A stretch of DNA of 56,899 bases, the filler included, from Basidioascus undulatus (lineage: Eukaryota): assembly GCA_000826855.1 (NCBI GenBank). It is 7 parts of 7 records of this genome, joined end to end, with 100 filler letters (N's around TTAATTAATTAA, not from the genome) between each part and the next. Parts side by side here need not be neighbours in the genome. Positions count along the whole stretch, not along the records: positions 48,880 to 56,899 come from JTLS01001451.1; 6 more parts are not named here. One strand, 5' to 3'. Of the stretch, positions 50,033 through 56,899 are shown one piece after another (the stretch's first letter is position 1; each line of letters starts with the position of its first letter). The notes beneath the pieces are model-generated. The model was not told the origin of the DNA and made no database searches. It saw only the letters and a program-made list of their open reading frames with translations. A program made the position numbers and the translations under genes.

Positions 50033-51298
50033 ATGGCTGTCGGCAAGGTGAGCTTCCCTTCAGGCCGAGCTCTTCGTGGCGGGAGCGCTGATAGGCGACT
50101 TTGGGGGACGACAGAACAAGCGCCTGTCCAAGGGCAAGAAGGGCCAGAAGAAGAAGGTCGTCGACCCCTTCACCAAGAAGGGTGCGTTCCGCTGCGCTTG
50201 GAGCTGTGGATGCGGCGGTGGTGCTGACGGGCAGGATGTGGTCGCGTGCAGACTGGTACGACATCAAGGCGCCTTCCATCTTCGAGACCCGGAACGTTGG
50301 CAAGACTCTCACCAACCGTTCCTCTGGTCTGAGTGCGTCTTTTCCCGCATCTTCGTCTCCCCCAACACAAACCCGTCACCTCATCACGGTCCTTCCCTCT
50401 TACGCACTTTTTCCGCCCACAAACAGAGAACGCCGACGATGCGCTCAAGGGCCGCATCCTCGAGGTCTCGCTCGGCGACCTGAACAAGGACGAGGAGCAG
50501 GCGTTCCGGAAGATCAAGCTGCGCATCGACGCCGTCCAGGGCAAGAACTGCCTCACCAACTTCCACGGCATGGACATGACGTCGGACAAGCTCCGCTCGC
50601 TCGTCCGCAAGTGGCAGTCGCTTATCGAGGCGCACGTCGACGTCCGCACCACCGACGGCTACCTCATCCGCCTGTTCGCCATCGCTTTCACCAAGAAGCG
50701 CCAGCAGCAGGTGCGTCCTTTGTCGTCCTCCTTCCGCCGTCCCGCTCTCCCTACCTTGCCGGGCCGCATGGTTGCTGACCTGCATCCTACGTTGTTGTTC
50801 GTGCACAACAGGTCCGCAAGACTACCTACGCGCAGTCTTCGCAGATCCGTGAGATCCGCAAGAAGATGTTCGAGATCATGACCCGCGAGGCCTCCTCCGT
50901 TGACCTCAAGGAGCTCGTCAAGAAGTTCGTCCCCGAGGCAATCGGCCGCGAGATCGAGAAGGCGACCCGCGGCATCTACCCGCTCCAGAACGTCTACATC
51001 CGCAAGGTGAAGATCCTCAAGGCGCCGAAGTACGTTCCCGTTCAACTCGAATGGTGTGTGTGGGACTGCTCGGTTCTGATATCTCGATGTCCCCTTCTTT
51101 TCCAGGTTCGACCTCGGCAAGCTCCTTGAGCTCCACGGCGGTGCGAACGCTGCGGGTGAGGACGCTGGCGTCTCTGTCTCCAAGGGTGCGGACTTCGTGG
51201 AGCCGTACGTGTCATCCTCTCCTGCCCCTCCCCACGTTCCTCCCACGTTCTAACTTGCCCCCCTTAATCCCACCAGCGCCCCCCTGGAGTCCGTCTAA
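50033..51298 (+). CDS. RPS1: 40S ribosomal protein eS1 (S1/S3a)
   Basis: [84 protein letters not shown] and a C-terminal LESV*. Confidence 0.98.
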
Positions 51299-51905
51299 AC
51301 AACGGATGCCTGTCGCTCCTTTCCCTCATCTTCTCTTCTTGCGCTCGGGTGGTCCGGTACGGCGGGAGGTTTCAGTCGGCGCGCGGTCCTTACAAAGGGG
51401 GAGGCCGTGTCACTTCGTCGACGGGGGTTCTTGCATGCTGCCCATCTGTTATGTAGTCCCTTGTTACAAAACGCATGCCCCCTCGCCCTCTGTGTTTGTT
51501 GTCTATGACTCTCCGCTCGCGTGTGCGTGTCTGCGCGTTGGTCCGTTGATGGAGGCGTTTCACCTTGTGGGCTTGCGTGTCGTACCAATGAAGATTCACG
51601 CATTGCTTGGATGGCACGTCAGGTACGCGGTACAACTCGAAGTTGACTCGGACCTGTACGTCCGTCCGCCTTTCAATACAAGAGTTTGAAGTTTGTGTGC
51701 CAGTAACAGGTATAATTGGTACGTGTTGGGCTGCGACTGCCGGCTGGTGCGGCGTGCGGGCCGGACGGCGGACTCGCTCGCGTGCTATCGCCACGGGCTT
51801 GCACGTCTTTCCTCATCACCATCTCTCGCTTGATTCCATTAGATGGGCAACCAGAACTCTTCCTTCTCTTATTCTCCCTCGGCATCCGCCTCCTCGCCAT
51901 CCACC

Positions 51906-53049
51906 ATGCCCCCAGCGCATTACGGCCAGCCCCCGCGCCGCCCTTCTCGCGCACTCCCCACGCTCCCGCCGGAGCTCCTCAGCGCCATCTTATCGCACCT
52001 CCTCCCCACGCACCCGATCGACCACACCCTCCTCCTCTCCCGCACGCTCCACGCGCTCCTTCTTCCCTCTTTCTATGCCTTCGCGTCGCTCCGTTCGACG
52101 CGCCAGACGGGCGCGTTCTTGAAGGCGCTGGATGCAAGGCCGGTACTGATGGGGTATGTGAGGGGGCTTGAGGTGCGTGCTTCTCACTCTTTTCTTCGGT
52201 GTAAGAATAATCAAACTCATAAGAGGGAATGACAGCTATCCGAGTTCGTCCCCGCCCTATTCGCCATCTTCGCCCGCTGCACGAACCTACGCTCCGTCCG
52301 CTTGCGGCTACACGACCTCTCGCTCGGCGTCTCTCCCGAAGAGCTCGAGCTCCTCCTCCGCCGTCTTCCTTCAACACTACAGCACTTCTCGCTCCTCTCC
52401 CTGCCCTCCTCATTGAAGCCCACCATCCTCCCCATCCTCATCCGCGCCCTCGTCCCACACCCAAATCTGCACGTCCTCGGCCTCCCCTCCCTCGACCCCG
52501 ACCTCGCGGCGCTCCTTCCCCCGCTTGACGCGCTGCGCCGTGTCGACCTGCCGTGGCCGAGGGACGTGGATGACGTGCGCGATACGCAGGGCGTCGCGAG
52601 CGCTGCGAGGGCGGTCAGGGACATCGCGGACGCTGCGCCCGAGAACGTGCGCGAGGTCCGCTTGGATCTGGGCGGGCGGAGGTTGGGACACGTGTTGGAA
52701 GTGTTGTTGGAGGGGGATCCGCGCGCGAGAGAGCTGGTGAGATGGGTCAATGCCGGCTCGTCGCGGTGGGTCAGGCCGGCACAGCCTGCCTCCAGGTGCG
52801 CAGAGTTCCGCCCGTTTCCTGCATGAGTTCGACTAACTCATCCTGGCTTGTCCGAGCAGCTCCTCAGCACCATTTTCAGCAGTAGCATCAACCGCAGCCG
52901 CATTAGAGACGACGCCCGCGCTCGAGCCCCTCCCCGACATCCTCCTCTCCCGCAAGCACCCGCTCCTCCTCACGCCCGACGAGCTCGCGGTGCACCTCAT
53001 CCGGCGCAGCGCGCCGCGCATCTGGGAGTTCAGCTCCGTCCCGACGTGA
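51906..53049 (+). CDS. F-box-like/RNI-like leucine-rich protein
   Basis: LPTLPPELLSAILSHL F-box-like start, LRR-like NLRSVRL, TLQHFSL and NLHVLGL segments, GC3-rich exons, and a stop at 53047-53049. Confidence 0.6.
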
Positions 53050-54947
53050 GGCTGTTGGTGGCGGATTGGCTTAGAGGATCTGCGGATACATCGTTTTGCA
53101 TATGCATGGCACGCTTAGCTCGTCTCAGTCGCACGAATGTACGCCTACGGTGTACTTGTCTCCGCTTGCGAAGATGCGATGCAGTAATCGAACGACAGGT
53201 ACGTCAGGCTGGTCGTCCAGCACTAAACCTCAGTTGAACAGGAAATGCCGATCGGGCGGTCTCATCATGCGTGCAGCCGAGCTTTTGCCCCTGGCAGCGG
53301 TGGGCTGGTAAGGATGGGCAAAGATGGGCAAAGTTTTGAATTGGGGTGGGATGGTATGGAAATGAGCTTGATGAATATGACCAAAGCCTGCATTGCATGA
53401 AACGCCGAAGGACAGTACATCCATTTGGACAGGCCCCCTCGCAGGCAAAGTGCGCTGTTGGATTCTGACAATTTGCTATTTGGAATCATTTTCCCTTCAT
53501 CACCTGATCTCTATCGATTCTTTTAGATGTTCATGCGAAAGACCTTAATGCGGTTCGTCGGAGTCGGACGGTCCTGACGCACACGCTGCTTGAAAGAGAA
53601 TGCAGGCGGATCTTCAGCTATCTCAAAAAAAAAAGGTAGTGTTTTCGTGTAAAGAATTGTTTTGTATTGGTTAAGGGATCAAACAGACAGCAGTCAGCGC
53701 CAAGTAGGTACAGATAGCTATAATCCCAGGAAACCGCCGCAAGAACCAGTCCCACCAAGCGTCCAGCTTAGGCATGCCCTTCAACTGCTCGATCGGAGGG
53801 ATGTGCAGAGGGATGACCTGGTGTGGGGTTTCTGCAACGAGAAAAAGAAGGGGCGTCCCCTATTCGCCCTGTGCCGCTGCTGTCCGGTGCCACCCCACCC
53901 ACCCGTTCCCGGTTTCAGTCAAACCCGCCTGTCCTCGAGTCGGCGATACTATTAGCGGAGATATCCCCCCCTGAAGACCCTCAATCCAAGCACTCCCTTG
54001 AGTCTCCCCGTACTCCTCCTTCTAAGAGCTCGAGCGGCACGAGCTCCTACTTCACGAGCGCGAACCGAGGCGGGTCGAGGCTGACAGGCCGGAGTACGAG
54101 GCGGAGCACCTGGCGGCGGAAGATGAAGCATTCCCCCATCGCGCAAAGGCGTACATAGTTAGAGCGTGGAGATGTCGCCGTACTGAACGTGCCACAGCTC
54201 GAGCGCGCGATCAATGGGCACACCCCTGCCATCCGGAACCAGATGGCGTGCTTGTCGAGGCTCATTATACGAAAGAGCTAAAGGGAGAGGATGGGCCCGT
54301 CTGGTGGAGGATGGAATGGTGGTGGTGAGAGTGGAAGGAAGAGTGGCGGACCTTTAGCTTTTTGCATACCTGCACGGGAGCCTGCGAACGAACAGACGCG
54401 GCCCGCCCGTCGAGGCTCATCACGTCGGTGCCCTAATCTATACAAGCAACTTAACTCGATTCGTTTCAAGCGCTGTTAATCCGATATTGATTTGAAAGGA
54501 GCAACAACACGTTGAGCGAGCAGCTTGCCACTGTGACTGTGGCGTTACCACTGAATCGTGACACGCTGCACACAGTCAAAGAAGCACAGATGGCACTTGA
54601 ATCCAAAGGCGCTGGGTTATAACTTTGATTAAGATCAATAGCCATGCGATATTCAACATAGAGTCCACGACCGCGGGGAGAACGAGCAGTCTGCCGTGCA
54701 CAAGTATCCAACCAATTTCAATCTCGAGCATTGAATTTTCACAAAAAGATCTGAAAAGAAGCAAGTGGATGAGCAAGGGTGAGGTCCAGCGGGTTGTGAC
54801 TGTCGACTTCGAGTGACACTCATGCGTCCGTAAGAGCGGAGCTTCTGGGTGTGGGCGTGTCGCGCAGGAGAGCCAAGCCAAGAGCGTCCCTAGACTCGGA
54901 GCTCTCGAAAAGGGTAAGAGGAACGGAGGGCCTGAAGACAGGGAGCG

Positions 54948-55600
54948 TTAGAATAGGGCGCCTGAACAATCGGAGTCCGGAGGGGGGAAGGGGACAGAGA
55001 CGAACAGCCGCTGGACGCCGAAACAAATGTCAAGCACAGTAACTCCGGTATTGTTCGAGACCCTAAATTTTAAGAGAGGACTAATCTTGTCGACAGCGAG
55101 AAATACCTCGAGCTCCGCGACGGGCGGGGCGGTAGCGAACGCAGTGGCGAGCTGGATGTGCGAGAGGAGGGCAGTCCTCGAAGGTGCTGTGTCGGCGTCC
55201 TCGCTGTGATACTTCTCGAAGCCCTCGCAATAGTGGCCAAGCCAGCACCTGAGCGTGACCGAGGAGACTTTCCGTAGATCGAAGGGTATGATGAGCTCCT
55301 GCTTCGCGAGCAGGGGGTGTAGGGAGAGCTTCTCTCCCGCCGCGCGAGCGGCCGACAGTATCGGCGAAGCGCGGCACTTGTTCTCTGTGGGTGGGAAATT
55401 GCGATCAGATAAAGTAACAGTGGCGAGAGGAGACCCGAAAGAGGGAACTTGCCCGAGTGGCGCTTCTTGCAGAAGCGGCACTTAGAGCCGAGAGCAGGTC
55501 TGCGAGAACGCGGTCAAGCGGTGCGTTGGCACTGCGTCCCGGAAGAGCTTGAGAATCTCGGAAGGAAGGGTGAGCACGGTACCGGAGGGTATGATCGTGC
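54948..55600 (-). pseudogene. F-box plus DUF6699-like protein with in-frame stop
   Basis: LTLPSEILKLFRDAVPTHRLTAFSQTCSRL* (TAA 55482-55484). The same frame continues with LHPLL..FDLR..ATAPP..GVTVLD, the pattern of basidiomycete DUF6699. Confidence 0.5.
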
Positions 55601-56480
55601 GTATGGCGGTTGGATGGGTGTGTGTGTAAGAAGAGACACAAGGACTCGATGACGGTAAGGGGGGAAGGGGCACCGCCCTCAAACGCGGGGGCATCAACTG
55701 ACAAACGTGGGCCACCTCTGCCTGCTTTTTTTGTGAGTACGCCTGTCTCCAGCATGTCCGCCTTTGAAAGCTGGTTCAAATTACTTCGTACACTACACGG
55801 GCGGGCTTTCCGGTACTGAAAAGAGAAGCCACTTCTGTCTTGCTCTTCAGACTCATATAGGACATGGCCCGCATGACAGCTTTCAGCAGCTTTCACTCGG
55901 CACTTCAAACGTTCAAATGATTCCTTGGTGTCAAGAAAAACAGTATAGAGGCCGCACCACAACTGTCCCTCGGCAATGACTACTGGGTGGTGTCGTCTTG
56001 CATCCACGCAGGCTGAAGCGGAAGGGGGACAATCCTTTGTCGAAAACTTGAGGACGCCTTAGTCGCAGTGACGCCCGAAGTTCACGCCCGAAGTTCTTCG
56101 GGCTTCAAAGCAAGACGAAAGCCCAGACTGTATCAGGCAGCCTCACGCCGGCAACCCATAACGTATAGCGATGAAGAATGCATGGATGACTGGATAGGCC
56201 CGGAAAAGAGGGAACAAATAGGGACAGGTGCAAATGCACGTGATGCAACAAACGATAATGCGATGCGAAATAGGAGATCGAAAGAATAAATCGAGGGATG
56301 CGAACGATAGTGGAAGGTGAACAGTGACGATGCGGGAGAAGGACGAGGGGACAATGAAAAGTCTACGTAGAAGCGTCGATGAAGTGATGCGGAAGTGATC
56401 ATGAGATTAAAGGCACATGGCAGAACATCCCCGGGACCGAGAACGAGGAAGAGGAAGAGGAAGGGAAGGGGCGGCAGGCC

Positions 56481-56899
56481 TCAGCGCCTCCTGCAGCCGT
56501 CCTCAAGCCTGCACTCGCGCGCACAGAAGCGGCGCCCGCATCCTCCAGCGCACATCGAGAAGTTTACGCCCATCTTGCCGCAGCTTCCGCATTGGGCGCG
56601 GACGTTGAAGCGGCTGCGGGCCTCGACGTCCACGAGGCTCATGCTCATCGGGCGGGGCTTGGGGCGCGGCGCGGGCGTGGGGTGCGTGATGAAGGATGCG
56701 GAGGGGTCGATGAAGTATGATGCGGAGGCATCTTCGACGGGCGGGGAGATAAGGAGCGCGGGGGAGGGGAGCGGGCTGGGCGCGTTCGACGCGAATGCGC
56801 GGCTCCTGGTCAGCGAGAAGGCCGGCACGCGCAGCTTCTTCCTCGGGGGCAAGCTCTTGATGGCCGCCGGCGGCCCCGGGGCCTGGCAGCGCAAGCCGC
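56481..56899 (-). CDS. C-terminal fragment of a protein with a Cys-rich MYND-like zinc finger
   Basis: CGSCGKMGVNFSMCAGGCGRRFCARECR near the stop; GC3-rich; 5' part lies outside the window. Confidence 0.55.
   Translation of the reverse strand, partial: GLRCQAPGPPAAIKSLPPRKKLRVPAFSLTRSRAFASNAPSPLPSPALLISPPVEDASASYFIDPSASFITHPTPAPRPKPRPMSMSLVDVEARSRFNVRAQCGSCGKMGVNFSMCAGGCGRRFCARECRLEDGCRRR

Overview
This is eukaryotic, intron-rich fungal DNA, most likely from a basidiomycete: introns are short (about 40-90 nt) with GTGCGT/GTACGT/GTGAG/GTTCGT donors and CTGAC/CTAAC branch points, and conserved genes have very high GC3. The window is not one locus. It is seven unlinked ~8 kb contigs (8066, 8059, 8054, 8043, 8035, 8022 and 8020 nt, in descending size) joined by artificial 100-nt N/TTAATTAATTAA spacers. 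Apparently intact genes are adenylate cyclase (5'-truncated), a PAQR/IZH receptor, an Rpa34-like Pol I subunit, a Kre9-like GPI protein, a Chs7-like fragment, a divergent SUMO, a HAD sugar/glycerol phosphatase, a 2OG-Fe(II) oxygenase, a VWA protein, an Atg10 fragment, RPS1 and an F-box-like gene. In contrast, many accessory genes carry visible lesions: a beta-lactamase-like hydrolase, a DHA1 MFS transporter, a DUF3604 gene, a secreted HExxH metallopeptidase and F-box genes. hAT transposon remnants are also present. All family calls come from motif recognition by eye; no database searches were run. No clearly new multi-gene system is demonstrable. The best leads are the selective pseudogenisation pattern, two intron-containing bacterial-type genes, the divergent SUMO and a structured RPS1 5'-UTR intron.
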